64,000 nucleotides of DNA from an uncultured Nitrospiraceae bacterium (GTDB taxonomy: Bacteria > Nitrospirota > Nitrospiria > Nitrospirales > Nitrospiraceae): contig CAWJWJ010000001.1 of the NCBI GenBank assembly GCA_963846575.1, positions 192,001 to 256,000 of the forward strand. The letters are read 5' to 3'. Made by a program: the position numbers and the translations under genes. The notes under the pieces are model-generated. The model ran no database searches. It saw only the letters and a list, made by a program, of their open reading frames with translations, and was not told where the DNA came from. Position 1 is the first letter of the stretch, and every line of letters starts with the position of its first letter. This document shows positions 1 through 10,665 of this stretch, in pieces.

Positions 1-3000
1 TTGTACCAGAAGATCCAGCCCTCGGCGTCGGTCATCCAGGCGAACTGGGCGATGTTATCGGCCATCGTACGGAATTTTTCCTCGCTGGCGCGTAGCGCAT
101 CTTCGATTCGCTTGTGTTCCGCCAGCTCCTTCTGCACTGCCTTATACAAGTTGGCATTGTCGATGGCGACGGCGGCCTGCGCGGCGATGCCCGTCAGAAT
201 CTTCTCGGACTCTTCCGAAAAAACACCCGGCTGGCTATGCCCGAAGAATAATCCGCCGAGCACTTCGCCCGAGCGTGACACGACCGACACCGCGAGGTAA
301 CTACGGACCGGCAGGTGGCCCTTCGGCATGCCATGGTGCGGGGGCATGGTCCCGTAACGCGGATCAGTGAGAATATCCGCGACGCGGATGGGAGCCTCAC
401 CGCGGAACGTGGGACCGAAGACCGGCGTGTTTCGTGGCATGCCGAACCCTTCAAACGCTTCCCGCGGCGCGCCGGAAAGCGTGAAGAGCTGGTAACATTC
501 ACCCCGGTCATTCTGAACGTTGTAAAAAAATGCGCCGAATTCCGCCCCGCTGACTTCCCGGCCGGCATCGGTGACGGCCTGGACGAGCTTGTTCAGGTCC
601 AGCTCAGCGGCAAGAGTGGTTCCCACCCGGTTGATGATTTCCAGCGAACGGGTATATTCCGACAATGCCCTGGTGGTGCGCAGCCGATCCAGGGCGACGG
701 CCGTATACTGGGAAATAATTCTGACGAATTCGATCTCGTCAGGGTCGAATGAGGTCCTGCTGCGACTGGCAAAGGACAGGGTGCCAAGCAGACGCCCGCC
801 GGCCATGAGGGGATGACAGGCATAGGTCTGGATGCCGAAGCCCCGGACGAGCTCTGCCTTGTCGTAACCGGAATGTTGAATGTCATTGGCGATGATCGGT
901 TCCCGCAATTGCGCCACCGTGCCACAGATCGCCTGGCCGAAGTCGAGCCGTTCGAACGTTCGAGCCACTGTCTCCGGGAGCCCGGCCCAGGAATGGAGCC
1001 GCAAGGCCTTACCCGATTCATCCACCATGAAGTTGAAATAGGTATCCACTTCCAGGTGGGCCGCCACCTTGGGAAACAGCTCCCGCACAATCGTCTCGGG
1101 GTCCTTGGCGCTCAGTAATTGCGCCAGGGTTTCGGAGAGCAGCCGCATCCGTTCTGTCCGTTTGATGGCGGCCCTTTCCGCCTGCTTGCGCAGCGTGATG
1201 TCGCGCACGGTCGCATAGACGCGGCCAATGGTTAAGGCAGTCAGGCTGATTTCCACCTCGACGCCGGTACCATCCTTGCGGACCATGCGCCGCTCGAAGC
1301 GGATGATCTGACCACTCTTCACCGCAGACATCCGCTCATCGAACCGATCGCGCTCGTTCCGCTCATAGGTGTCGCGAACAGACATGCCCAGGAGCTCCTC
1401 GCGGCTGTAGCCCAGAAGACGGCAGGCCACGTCATTCACCATCACCAGCCGGCCGTCCAGATCACAGACGAAGATGCCGTCGTGCGCCTGCTCCATGAGG
1501 GCCCGGTAGACCGTCTCGCTATCGCGCAACGCTTCTTCCACCTGCTTGCGATCCGTGATATCGAACGTGGCCCCGGCCATGCGCACCGGCTTACCGCCCT
1601 CGCGGACGACCACGGCATCCGTGAACAGCCAGACCACCTGGCCATCCGGCCGCACGATGCGGAATTCCAGCTCATAGGGCACACCGCCGGATAACGAGGT
1701 TTCGATCGCCTTGCTCACCCTGTCACGATCATCCGGATGTACCAGGCCGGAGAATCCCTCCACAGTGCCGTCGTACTGATCGGGTCGTAGCCCGTGAATT
1801 CCATAGAGAGAATCCGACCAGGTGACATGGTTGTGCACAATGTCCCAATCCCACAATCCGACCTTTCCGGTTTGTGTTGCCAGACGCAGGCTCTCTTCAC
1901 TGGCCCGCAATCTCGCTTCAGCTTGCTTGCGATGGGTAATGTCAAGGTTGGTTTCCAAGACAAGTAACTGGCCATCCGATCGACGGGACAGGAGGTGGCG
2001 GCTCTCCACGATCACCTGCTTCCCGTCGCGTGTCATATGGACTAACTCTCCCACCCAGCGGCCCTCGCGCGCCAACTCCTCCTCAAGAGCTGCCGCGCCT
2101 ATGAAATGACCGGTTTGGAGCAGGTCGTGGCTCACCCGGCCCAGGGCCTCCTGCTGGGTAAAGCCATACAATCGCTCCGCGCCCTGATTCCAGTACGTGA
2201 TTTCTCCGCCTAGTTTCCAAATAAAGATCGCATCGTGGGTCTGTTCCAGAAGCGCAGCCTGATCCCGCACGAGCTGCTCCGCCTCTTTGCGCTCCGTGAT
2301 GTCGAGCACGGATCCGATGAAGCCCAAAAACTGACCATCGTCGGCAAAGCGCGGCGCGGCCGCGCCAAGGGCCCAGCGGACCTGCCCGTCGTGACGGACG
2401 AGGCGAAATTCTATTTGGAAGGGTTGGCGTTTGGCATTGGACGCAATGAAGGTGTCCCAGACGCGGGAGCGGTCCTCGACATACAGGGCCTCCGTCCATC
2501 CGATTCCCAGATCGGTCTCGGGTTGCCGACCGGTGAACTCATACCAGGATTGGCTCAGATAGCTGCAACTGCCGTCCGGTTCAGTAACCCACACCATGAC
2601 CGGGGCATGGTCTGCCATGTGCCGGAAGCGCCGCTCGCTTTCGCGTAGCGCCCGTTCCGACTTCATCCGTTCGCGATTTTGCAGATCCCGCTCGATGACG
2701 ACAGCGGCCGTGTGGGCCAGAAGCTCGACCACCGCATAATCCGCCGGCGAAGGGTTGCGAACCTCCGGGTAATACAAGGCGAAGGTGCCCAGGACCCGGT
2801 TCGAAGACCGTATGGGCATCGACCAGCAGGCGTGCAGCCCATGTGCCAGAGCCACATCGCGATAGAGGACCCACAAGGGGTCGGTCTCGATATTTTCTAC
2901 GATCACCGTTTCGTTACGAAACGCAGCGGTGCCGCAAGAGCCGACCGCCGGCCCGATGACCAGCCCGTCAATGGCCCGGCTGTAGGCCTCCGGCAAGCTC

Positions 3001-4382
3001 GGCGCTGCTCCATGGTACAGACGGCCACCCTCCTGATCCAGCAGCAGAATGGAGGCCATCACCCCTTCCTGGAGCCTTGTCTCGACCGTCTTCGTCAGCA
3101 CCTCCAGCACGTCGCGGAGTGGGGCGCCGTGAACCGCCAGTTCCAATGCCTTCTGCTGACTGGCCACAAGCAGTTCCATTTGCTTACGGGCGGTAATGTC
3201 CACAAGCACATTCATCACCCCGAGCGTGGCTCCGGTCCCATCCTTTATCGGATCCGGATGCACGAGCACATGGCGTCTTGTTCCATCAGGCCGTTCGAAG
3301 ATCAATTCTTCTCGAATCGAGCCCTCCTTGAGCACGTCCGCCCCCGGACATTGGTCGTGAGGGATCCGCCGGCCGTCGGACCGGAACAGCCGATGGGACC
3401 CGCACCATCGATCATTCACGAGATCCGGTTCACGTCCCCACAGGCTCACGGCGGCGGCGTTGTAGAGCTTGATGCGACCTTCTGCATCGGTAGTGTAGAG
3501 CGCGACCGGGAGAGTCTGGATGAGGCGGCGGTACCGTTCTTCGCTCTCCTGAAGGGTGGATTCGGCCTGTTTATGATCCGTCCGATCGGTCACCACGGCG
3601 ACGAATCCCCGAACGGAGCCGGTCTTGGACCGGTCGGGCAGGTAGGCGCAGTGGACAAAACGATGGCCGAGCCGCTCGTATGGCAAGTGCACTTCGAATT
3701 CGACCGCTTGGCCAGCCAGCACCTGAACAATATAGGGCTGGACCAGGGCGTGGGCCGCCTTTCCCAGGATCTCGACTACTCGTTTTCCGAGGATGTCCCT
3801 AACCGGGAGCCCCAGCCTGGCGGCATAGGCCTGGTTGACGAAACGGTACCGTTGATCCGAGTCACAATAGGCGATGAAGACCGACGCATGGTCGGCAATT
3901 AATTGAAGCTGCTCCTGGCTCTGTCGCAGCTCATCCCTCACCTGCAGATGTTCGGTGATGTCGATGGCCATGCCACCGACGAGGACCACCTCGTCGTCCC
4001 CGCCGAAAATCGGGAACTTGCTGACCAGCGAGCGGTGGAGCCCGTCCGCTTGCGGCAATTCTTCAATTGTCTGAATCGGCCGTTTCCCGGCGATGACTGT
4101 TTGGTCGTTGGCTCTGAATTGTGCGGCGGTGGCGGGAGGAAACAGTTCTTCGTCGGTCCTGCCGACGATCGCCTCCTGTGCGGCTCCGAGTGTCCGGCGG
4201 GCGATGTCGTTGACATAGAGATATCGTCCGCTGAGGTCCTTGACCCAGGCCAGACCCGGGAGATTTTGAATGAAGGGGGTAAACCAGGAGTGAGTCTCGT
4301 CGGGTGAGGGAGGCCGGAGATTACCGTCCTGCGTTGATTCAATCAACTTACCTTCTTCGCCAGCCCCCTCTTGTTTATTCAT
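1..4382 (-). CDS. Very large multi-sensor signal transduction protein (>=8 PAS + 3 GAF domains), 3' end outside the window; probably a hybrid histidine kinase
   Basis: Not in the ORF track because it has no stop in the window. ATG at 4382 with an AGAGAG SD-like sequence; the start and the left-edge codons are in the same frame. Segments translated by hand: NLPGLAWVKDLSGRYLYVN, IQTLPVALYTTDAEGRIKLYN, GAF HGAAPSLPEAYSRAIDG..GSCGTAA, FRHMADHAPVMVWVT, QTHDAIFIWKLGGEITYWN, GKVGLWDWDI, EQAHDGIFVCDLDGRLVMVN, FRTMADNIAQFAWMTDAEGWIFWYN at the edge. Confidence 0.9.
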   Translation of the reverse strand, partial: MNKQEGAGEEGKLIESTQDGNLRPPSPDETHSWFTPFIQNLPGLAWVKDLSGRYLYVNDIARRTLGAAQEAIVGRTDEELFPPATAAQFRANDQTVIAGKRPIQTIEELPQADGLHRSLVSKFPIFGGDDEVVLVGGMAIDITEHLQVRDELRQSQEQLQLIADHASVFIAYCDSDQRYRFVNQAYAARLGLPVRDILGKRVVEILGKAAHALVQPYIVQVLAGQAVEFEVHLPYERLGHRFVHCAYLPDRSKTGSVRGFVAVVTDRTDHKQAESTLQESEERYRRLIQTLPVALYTTDAEGRIKLYNAAAVSLWGREPDLVNDRWCGSHRLFRSDGRRIPHDQCPGADVLKEGSIREELIFERPDGTRRHVLVHPDPIKDGTGATLGVMNVLVDITARKQMELLVASQQKALELAVHGAPLRDVLEVLTKTVETRLQEGVMASILLLDQEGGRLYHGAAPSLPEAYSRAIDGLVIGPAVGSCGTAAFRNETVIVENIETDPLWVLYRDVALAHGLHACWSMPIRSSNRVLGTFALYYPEVRNPSPADYAVVELLAHTAAVVIERDLQNRERMKSERALRESERRFRHMADHAPVMVWVTEPDGSCSYLSQSWYEFTGRQPETDLGIGWTEALYVEDRSRVWDTFIASNAKRQPFQIEFRLVRHDGQVRWALGAAAPRFADDGQFLGFIGSVLDITERKEAEQLVRDQAALLEQTHDAIFIWKLGGEITYWNQGAERLYGFTQQEALGRVSHDLLQTGHFIGAAALEEELAREGRWVGELVHMTRDGKQVIVESRHLLSRRSDGQLLVLETNLDITHRKQAEARLRASEESLRLATQTGKVGLWDWDIVHNHVTWSDSLYGIHGLRPDQYDGTVEGFSGLVHPDDRDRVSKAIETSLSGGVPYELEFRIVRPDGQVVWLFTDAVVVREGGKPVRMAGATFDITDRKQVEEALRDSETVYRALMEQAHDGIFVCDLDGRLVMVNDVACRLLGYSREELLGMSVRDTYERNERDRFDERMSAVKSGQIIRFERRMVRKDGTGVEVEISLTALTIGRVYATVRDITLRKQAERAAIKRTERMRLLSETLAQLLSAKDPETIVRELFPKVAAHLEVDTYFNFMVDESGKALRLHSWAGLPETVARTFERLDFGQAICGTVAQLREPIIANDIQHSGYDKAELVRGFGIQTYACHPLMAGGRLLGTLSFASRSRTSFDPDEIEFVRIISQYTAVALDRLRTTRALSEYTRSLEIINRVGTTLAAELDLNKLVQAVTDAGREVSGAEFGAFFYNVQNDRGECYQLFTLSGAPREAFEGFGMPRNTPVFGPTFRGEAPIRVADILTDPRYGTMPPHHGMPKGHLPVRSYLAVSVVSRSGEVLGGLFFGHSQPGVFSEESEKILTGIAAQAAVAIDNANLYKAVQKELAEHKRIEDALRASEEKFRTMADNIAQFAWMTDAEGWIFWY

Positions 4383-4675
4383 GGTCTCTCTACGATCAAC
4401 CTTTCTTGCCTTGCATCGCTGCAGGCCGCGTCACCGGGCGAGCCAAGACCCGGTGAGGATCAACCGTGAGGCCTGAAAAACAAAGACTGAGCTGTTACGC
4501 GAAATCGTAGGAATCCGGCATTTCCGGGAGAATCTAAGTTTTCTGCACACATAGGGTAACGTGCAGGCGTCGGCACGAGGCCGCCGGTGGACGTTTCACG
4601 CCTGGATCCACCCACGATCGCCCCCTGCGCTTCACGCGTGACCAGGCATGTTACTCGGCTTCGGATTTGCTGCTC

Positions 4676-4697
4676 AAGCTAGGGACAACCCTAGCTT
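4676..4697. promoter_or_regulatory. Palindrome AAGCTAGGG-ACAA-CCCTAGCTT, candidate transcription factor operator
   Basis: Perfect 9-bp inverted arms in the intergenic region upstream of the large sensor; related copies occur elsewhere in the window. Confidence 0.5.
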
Positions 4698-5547
4698 TCG
4701 ACTGGAATACCCCACCGCGCTCTGCACAAACCCTGGGATGGGGTTTCCTTAACAGATACCCCAGCGCAGGATGAGCCGCCGCAAGCGCACCCGGTTCATG
4801 TGTAACCGACCGGCCTTCGCCAGTCAGGAGCATGAATCTGGGACGAATGACTGCTGAACGGTCCTGCAGGGATCGTCGAAGGTTGCTTCCTTCTCCTAGG
4901 AAGAGCGCGGGTGTGAACTTTTTTTGGTGGTCGGAGCGGCTATGATTCGAGGTTTCTGAAAAGGCGGCAGTCCTGACTCGGTGCCAACCGGTTTGCAGCC
5001 GGACCGCTCAGTCCAGGCCCGGACGGCAGAACGGGAAGAGGCACGATGGAACCCGGCGATTAATTTAGGCGTCCATAAATCGCTGAGGCGCGCGGTGCGG
5101 CACATCCGATCGATTCATGCCCCCAATGCGACCGCGCACCCTCGCCGTGCGAGGATTGCCGCCAGGCCACCCGGCTCAGCAGGGACCAGACCGATTGCAA
5201 GAAATTCCAACTGAACAGTGACGGGATCGCGGGCTTTCCTGCGGCCCGACACCAGGAACACCACAACCCGGACCGTACTCTCCGCCCGGCTACGATACGT
5301 GAGGTTCGACGTTGAGTTCTCACAGATGACCCTCTTAACAATGTGTAAGGCACTGTTACAATTCCCACGCTTCCGTTGACGCGTCTCATTGTCTTGAACC
5401 GTACCACGCCAGACAGCGTCCGCCAAAACACAAAACGGTTTCATGCGGAGGCATGAGTCCATCTATGCGATGATTCGTTGACTTGCTTCGCGCGCTGATC
5501 CGGGGTCAGATGGAGCATGCCGGAATCGAGAGGGATTGCACGTTCCG

Positions 5548-6006
5548 ATGACGCCGAATCACCAGAACATACGGATCGAAATTGTCGAGTGGGGCATGGC
5601 CGAGTCGGCCATCAAGGCGGTACGTGCAACCGTCTTTATCCTCGAGCAGGGCGTGCCGGTGGAACTGGAGTGGGATGGCCTCGACCCGCTCTGCGCCCAT
5701 GTGCTGGCCTGGACCGATCGTGACCGGGCCATTGGAACCGCGCGCTTGCTGCCGCAGGGCACCATTGGCCGGATGGCGGTGCTGAAGGATTGGCGAAGGC
5801 AGGGCGTCGGAGCGGCCTTGCTCCGAAAGCTCCTGGAACTGGCGACGAGCCGAGGACTCCCGCGCGTCACGTTGTCGGCGCAAACCCATGCTATTGGCTT
5901 TTACGAACAGGCCGGGTTTCATGCGGCCAGCGAGCCATTCCTGGATGCCGGTATTCCGCATCGGAAGATGGTGAGGGATTTACTGCTGCCGCTTGTGGAC
6001 CCATGA
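5548..6006 (+). CDS. GNAT family N-acetyltransferase (ElaA/YjcF-like)
   Basis: VRATVFILEQGVP, IGRMAVLKDWRRQGVG acetyl-CoA motif, AQTHAIGFY, FLDAGIPH. Confidence 0.9.
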   Translation: MTPNHQNIRIEIVEWGMAESAIKAVRATVFILEQGVPVELEWDGLDPLCAHVLAWTDRDRAIGTARLLPQGTIGRMAVLKDWRRQGVGAALLRKLLELATSRGLPRVTLSAQTHAIGFYEQAGFHAASEPFLDAGIPHRKMVRDLLLPLVDP

Positions 6007-6125
6007 ACCCTTGCTGCCGGCACCGACTCACTGGCTCAAGCCAAGCCTGCCACCCGAAACCACGCCACCCGTTTCAGCAGCCCAAGCCGGGGACATCGCC
6101 CGCTTTTTTTCGCTATAGTGGGTCA

Positions 6126-7019
6126 ATGAGTTTCCGTTCACAGCCGCGCCCCGCCGCATCCGCTCGCAGGAGGCGAGGACGACGGATCACGGTGGCGGCC
6201 ATTCGCCGTCAGGCGAACTTCTGGCGGCGCGCCTTGGGATCGATGATCCGCGCCTTGCGGGCGTTACCGCTGGTACTCCAGGTTTTAGTCGGCCTGGCCG
6301 GCATCCTGCTGCTCGGCTCAGGCGCAAACTGGGCCTATCACACGTATCGGAAGCCGACGGAAGTCTTCTTCCCGCTCGCGTCTGCGCTCGACAAGCAGCC
6401 GTTTGAAACGTGGCGGGAGTACGGTCCGCTCTTCCGCGAACATGCCACCGCCGCCATCACACCCGACCTGTTGGCCGCGCTCGCCCAGGTCGAAAGCGCG
6501 GGCAATCCTGTCGCACGCACCTACTGGAGATGGCGCCCGACCTGGAATCCTCTGGAAGTCTACCGGCCCGCGTCGAGCGCGGTCGGCATGTTTCAGATCA
6601 CCGACGGAACGTTCCAGGAAGCCAAACGCTATTGCATTCATGACCACCGGGTGGTTCGAGACGGCCCCTGGCACGACCTCCACTCTTGCTGGTTCAACAG
6701 CCTCTATAGCCGCGTCCTGCCCAGCCATGCGATCGAGTTGACTGCGGCGCGGCTGGACCGGGCAGTGGCCGGCGCGATCAGAGCGGGGCGCAAGCCATCA
6801 CCCACGTTCCGGCAGAAACAGGATCTGGCCGCGGTGATTCACCTCTGTGGGCCTGGCGCGGGCCACGCCTTTGCAGCCAGAGGGTTTCGTCCGGCTCCGC
6901 ATCAGCGATGCGGTGACCATACCATCCAAGGCTATCTCGATCGAGTCAATGACATGAAGCGGAAGTTTGCCCGATTGGAGGCAGGCGGGAACCTCCTCCG
7001 GTTCGTCCGCCCTCACTGA
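6126..7019 (+). CDS. Membrane-anchored lytic transglycosylase (SLT domain) protein
   Basis: N-terminal TM helix; LAQVESAGNP (catalytic Glu motif) and SAVGMFQI motif. Confidence 0.75.
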   Translation: MSFRSQPRPAASARRRRGRRITVAAIRRQANFWRRALGSMIRALRALPLVLQVLVGLAGILLLGSGANWAYHTYRKPTEVFFPLASALDKQPFETWREYGPLFREHATAAITPDLLAALAQVESAGNPVARTYWRWRPTWNPLEVYRPASSAVGMFQITDGTFQEAKRYCIHDHRVVRDGPWHDLHSCWFNSLYSRVLPSHAIELTAARLDRAVAGAIRAGRKPSPTFRQKQDLAAVIHLCGPGAGHAFAARGFRPAPHQRCGDHTIQGYLDRVNDMKRKFARLEAGGNLLRFVRPH

Positions 7020-7179
7020 TTGCCGGCGACCGTCACGGTGCTCCTGTTTCAGCCGCCACGTATGGAAGGAATCTGTTGCGGGAGAGGCGCGGCAGGAAGA
7101 ACCGGGAAATCGATGTGCTCCGGCCGCCTGCCAACGAAAACGAATGCTGCCGGCATGGCCAGGCGTGCTACAGTGTGCC

Positions 7180-8004
7180 ATGCCTGTCACACCCTTCACT
7201 CCCCGGCCCGTCACGGGCGATGCGTTCATCGGACGCCAAGGCCTCGTGCGAAACCTGCGCGGGCGGATTTCGAAGGGCGAATCCGCGGCAGTCCTCGGCG
7301 GACCCAAGCTGGGAAAGACCTCGTTCGTGCGGACTGCGATGGAAGGTCTGCCGGACCGGTGCGTCATCGACATAGATCTGCGCCGGGAAGCATGGCCCGG
7401 CCATGGTGAGACTTCCGGTGCGATCGTCCTGCTGGACAACCTGGACCATCTTCCCGCCGGGGAGATCGGCAGGCTCCTGGAGCGGATTTCGACGGCATCC
7501 CCGACGAACCTCCTGATCACCGGCGGCTCTCGACTGGGCACGCTGCTGCGACAGTCCTCCATCGTCTTTCCAGTCGCGTTGCGGCTCTACCCGCTCTCGG
7601 TGCTGCTTGATGCGGAACTACGCCGATGGATCGGCGGCGATCTCGGGAAGCGGATCACGATGTGGACGGGACACCATCCCTACCTGACTCAAATCTTTCT
7701 TCATTATGGAGAAGCAGCGCTTTCAGAAGGCCGGCAGCAATGGGAGCCGTTTCTTCAAGAGCTGGCTGCAGAGATCGGCGCAGCGGACGAACGACGACTG
7801 CTCGAGTACCTGATCGACCGTGCTCAGCCGGTGAATCCGATGAGGGCCGCAGCCGATACCGGGATCCCGGACATTAAAACCGTGGCAGACCGGCTGGTCT
7901 ATCTCGGAGCCATCAGCCGTTGGATCAGAAATGACGAGGCCACGCTTTTCGCCGGTTGTCGATTGCTCAACAACGTCATCACCGGCCGCCCGGTCGCCGC
8001 TTAA
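7180..8004 (+). CDS. Small P-loop NTPase, STAND/AAA-like, with probable C-terminal winged helix
   Basis: FIGR N-terminal motif, Walker A GGPKLGKT, Walker B IVLLDNLD, WTGHHPYLTQ (GxP-like motif). Confidence 0.65.
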   Translation: MPVTPFTPRPVTGDAFIGRQGLVRNLRGRISKGESAAVLGGPKLGKTSFVRTAMEGLPDRCVIDIDLRREAWPGHGETSGAIVLLDNLDHLPAGEIGRLLERISTASPTNLLITGGSRLGTLLRQSSIVFPVALRLYPLSVLLDAELRRWIGGDLGKRITMWTGHHPYLTQIFLHYGEAALSEGRQQWEPFLQELAAEIGAADERRLLEYLIDRAQPVNPMRAAADTGIPDIKTVADRLVYLGAISRWIRNDEATLFAGCRLLNNVITGRPVAA

Positions 8005-8067
8005 CCCCATCGTTCGCTCGAGCTGCGGACAAAATCCAAAGCGAGTCGTCACACAATCAGGCGGCCT

Positions 8068-8388
8068 TTATTTGAAACGCCACCACCGGGACTCCTGCTC
8101 CTTGGGGCGCGCCAATTTGACGATGCGGACGATCTGTTCGTCGAGATCGACCTCCAGGCTCACGAGGTCCCCTTTGACCAGAGACTCGCGCCGCATTGCC
8201 GCCGGATCAGCCACCCGCATGAGCCAGAGCCGACCGTCGGCTGTCTTAAATGCCAACATCTGATTGCGGACATCGACACTTTCGACCGAACTCACGGGAA
8301 AGACTGCCGCCGTCTCGTGAGATCGAGCCGGCCCGATCGTTCCCAACACCCCTACACACACAAGTGCCGCGAGGAGAAGCCTGTTCAT
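8068..8388 (-). CDS. Small secreted hypothetical protein (possible OB-fold beta-barrel)
   Basis: Strong AAGGAGG SD, signal peptide MNRLLLAALVCVGVLG..ARS, beta-rich body. Confidence 0.65.
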   Translation of the reverse strand: MNRLLLAALVCVGVLGTIGPARSHETAAVFPVSSVESVDVRNQMLAFKTADGRLWLMRVADPAAMRRESLVKGDLVSLEVDLDEQIVRIVKLARPKEQESRWWRFK

Positions 8389-8592
8389 CGCCGCCTCCTT
8401 GTCAGTCTCAGCCGCCAAGACGCAATAGGGTTAAGCGGAGTGCAGGCATTCACTGTACGGGGTCATCGGGCAACCGGTCTGTCGACGATTCTATGATTCT
8501 GAGGTGGCGTAAAATGCCGCAGGGGTGAGGCCGATCCTGCCGTAACGATCGTCCTGAAGCGGGCATGAACACTGACGGGAGCCAGGCCCTGC

Positions 8593-10503
8593 CTAGCGGG
8601 AAAACACCAGGAGGCTGTTGGCGGGCAACACGACCGAAGCCGAATAGCCGAATCCGTGCAAGGGTTGTGGCTCCGCCACGACAAGGCCGCCGTTCCCCAT
8701 CACCCCCGCATTGACCCAGCTTTCGTACACATCACTGTTGAAGAGTTCGCGCCACGCTCCACCATCGGGAAAACCGATCCGATACCCGACGCGCGTAAAG
8801 TTGGCGAGATGCGCCGCCACCATCACGTCCCGGCCTTCTCCCGGCACCCAACGGTGAAACACCAACAGGCGATTCTGATCGTGCGCATGCACCACGCGAA
8901 AACCCTGTCCGCGCAGTCCCGGTGTCACGCGGCGTATTCCCAGCAGCTCCCTGATGCATCGCAGGTGATCGAGCATCTGTGCGTCGCCCTGGTCGAGTCC
9001 GGCCCAGTGGAGGAGCAGGCCGCGATGCGACACAAAGTCGTCCGACCATTGTTTGTCCTCGAGGAATTCCTGACCCATGAACAGCATCGGGATGCCGGGC
9101 GCCGTGAGGCTCAGTCCTGTCGCGACCCTGGCACGACTGCGGGCAAACCAGGAACGCGGATGCTCCGGGTCCCCCAGCCGCGCGATGCGCTGCTCCCTCC
9201 CTTGATAGACGATGTCGTGATTTTCAGGACCCTGTACGAAACGCCACTGCTCGCCGAACCCGTCCGGCCAGAGACTCTGCGCGAGCGCCGTCATGTTGAG
9301 CGGACGCTCGTCAGGGGCGCTCGCATTGCCGATGACGTCCCGGATGGCAATCCGGAAGCCGTCGGTTAACGTCGTATCAAACCCCGCCCCTTCCGGGGGA
9401 GCCTTCACGATGTAGCGATTCACGCTCCAATATTCAGCATGGTTCAAAGCGGCAGGCCGTGACACATGCAGTGTAGAGGTTAAGTCTTGGCAGAAGCGCC
9501 AGCCCTCCGGCGCGCCGTCATGGTCAATCACGCTCACCTGATCGTACCGGAATCCATCGACGCGGTATTCGTGGAGAAAAAATCTGGCATTCTGGATCAG
9601 GAAATCACGCACCTCCGGCTTGGCGAAGTCGAATACGAGCCCCCCCGCATGGCCTTTGTCGCTGAAATAGAGCGAATTCCACTGACCGCCGGCAGGGTCC
9701 TGGCGATCGAAAAAATAGAGGCTCTGATCGCCGAAATCCCCGCCCGCGTGGTTGTAGACGACGTCGAGCAGAACGGCCAGTCCATGCAGATGCGCCAGAT
9801 CCACCAGCGCCTTGAGCTGGTTCATCTCCCCGCGCAGATCGTCCACTCGATACTGACGCAGGCCCTTCGCGTCCAAGAGTTCGTTCACCTCATCGACGTA
9901 AGGAGCAAGATCGGCATCGGCCACGGCAAAATCCATCTCGGGAGAAAAATAGTCGGTGCCGTTGTAGCCGAGACTGAAGCTCGTCTGAAATTCCTGAATC
10001 GGCATGAGCTGCAGTGCCGTGACGCCGAGCCCCGCCAGGTACGGCAGCTTGCGCGCGACATCGAGGAACGTGCCGCCCTTGTGCGGCAGGTTCGGCGTAA
10101 AAAACGTTCCGACGTGAAGTTGATAGATGACGAACTCGTGGAAGGGCGGCGTGACGTACCCCTGTTCGTGCCACGGGAAATCGGTATCGCGGATAATGCA
10201 GTTGCTCGGAAAGGGGGATTCCAACTCGCGGGCATAGGGATCACGCTTGAGCCCTTCGCTCCCCTCACCCACGACATGGAACATGTACCGCTGGCGGTCC
10301 TTCGCGCCGGGAATGAAGCCGCGCCAATGACCCTGCCGATCGCGCGTCAGCAGGCAGGCGTCGGTCCGCAGATGATGGTTGAAGTCCCCGACGACATGCA
10401 CCGACCTGGCATGGGGCGCCCACACGCGAAAGGTTGCGCCGTCGCCAATCAGGGTGGCCCCCATCGGCGTCCCGGAATGGATGTGGTCGAGCGAGGCTGG
10501 CAT
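8593..10503 (-). CDS. GH13 alpha-amylase family enzyme with CBM48 (branching enzyme/TreZ-like)
   Basis: FRVWAPHA..VVGDFN (CBM48), LDVVYNH, DGFRYD nucleophile, HAEYW acid/base, ENHD, PMLFMGQEF. Confidence 0.9.
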   Translation of the reverse strand: MPASLDHIHSGTPMGATLIGDGATFRVWAPHARSVHVVGDFNHHLRTDACLLTRDRQGHWRGFIPGAKDRQRYMFHVVGEGSEGLKRDPYARELESPFPSNCIIRDTDFPWHEQGYVTPPFHEFVIYQLHVGTFFTPNLPHKGGTFLDVARKLPYLAGLGVTALQLMPIQEFQTSFSLGYNGTDYFSPEMDFAVADADLAPYVDEVNELLDAKGLRQYRVDDLRGEMNQLKALVDLAHLHGLAVLLDVVYNHAGGDFGDQSLYFFDRQDPAGGQWNSLYFSDKGHAGGLVFDFAKPEVRDFLIQNARFFLHEYRVDGFRYDQVSVIDHDGAPEGWRFCQDLTSTLHVSRPAALNHAEYWSVNRYIVKAPPEGAGFDTTLTDGFRIAIRDVIGNASAPDERPLNMTALAQSLWPDGFGEQWRFVQGPENHDIVYQGREQRIARLGDPEHPRSWFARSRARVATGLSLTAPGIPMLFMGQEFLEDKQWSDDFVSHRGLLLHWAGLDQGDAQMLDHLRCIRELLGIRRVTPGLRGQGFRVVHAHDQNRLLVFHRWVPGEGRDVMVAAHLANFTRVGYRIGFPDGGAWRELFNSDVYESWVNAGVMGNGGLVVAEPQPLHGFGYSASVVLPANSLLVFSR

Positions 10504-10665
10504 AGGCACCTCGGTGAGATGGAGTGACGCGACCGCTGCATACTAAAGCAGGAGGCATGTCCGAACAAGAGGCAGGACATCGACCGGGCAAGGCACAGCA
10601 CGACACTCCGGGGCCTGCGGCACTGTGGATGTGGACGACAGGCAGACCCATCGGAATGGAGGTGG

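Noticed and set aside
2679..3902. Long plus-strand ORFs here and similar antisense ORFs elsewhere (e.g. 9487-10527, 17260-18465, 58020-59171, 60093-61265)
   Set aside because: Shadow ORFs opposite well-supported genes, expected in GC-rich DNA; no motifs.
5115..5315. Plus-strand reading CPQC..PCEDC in the long intergenic region
   Set aside because: An in-frame stop lies just upstream with no start codon or SD; may be chance.
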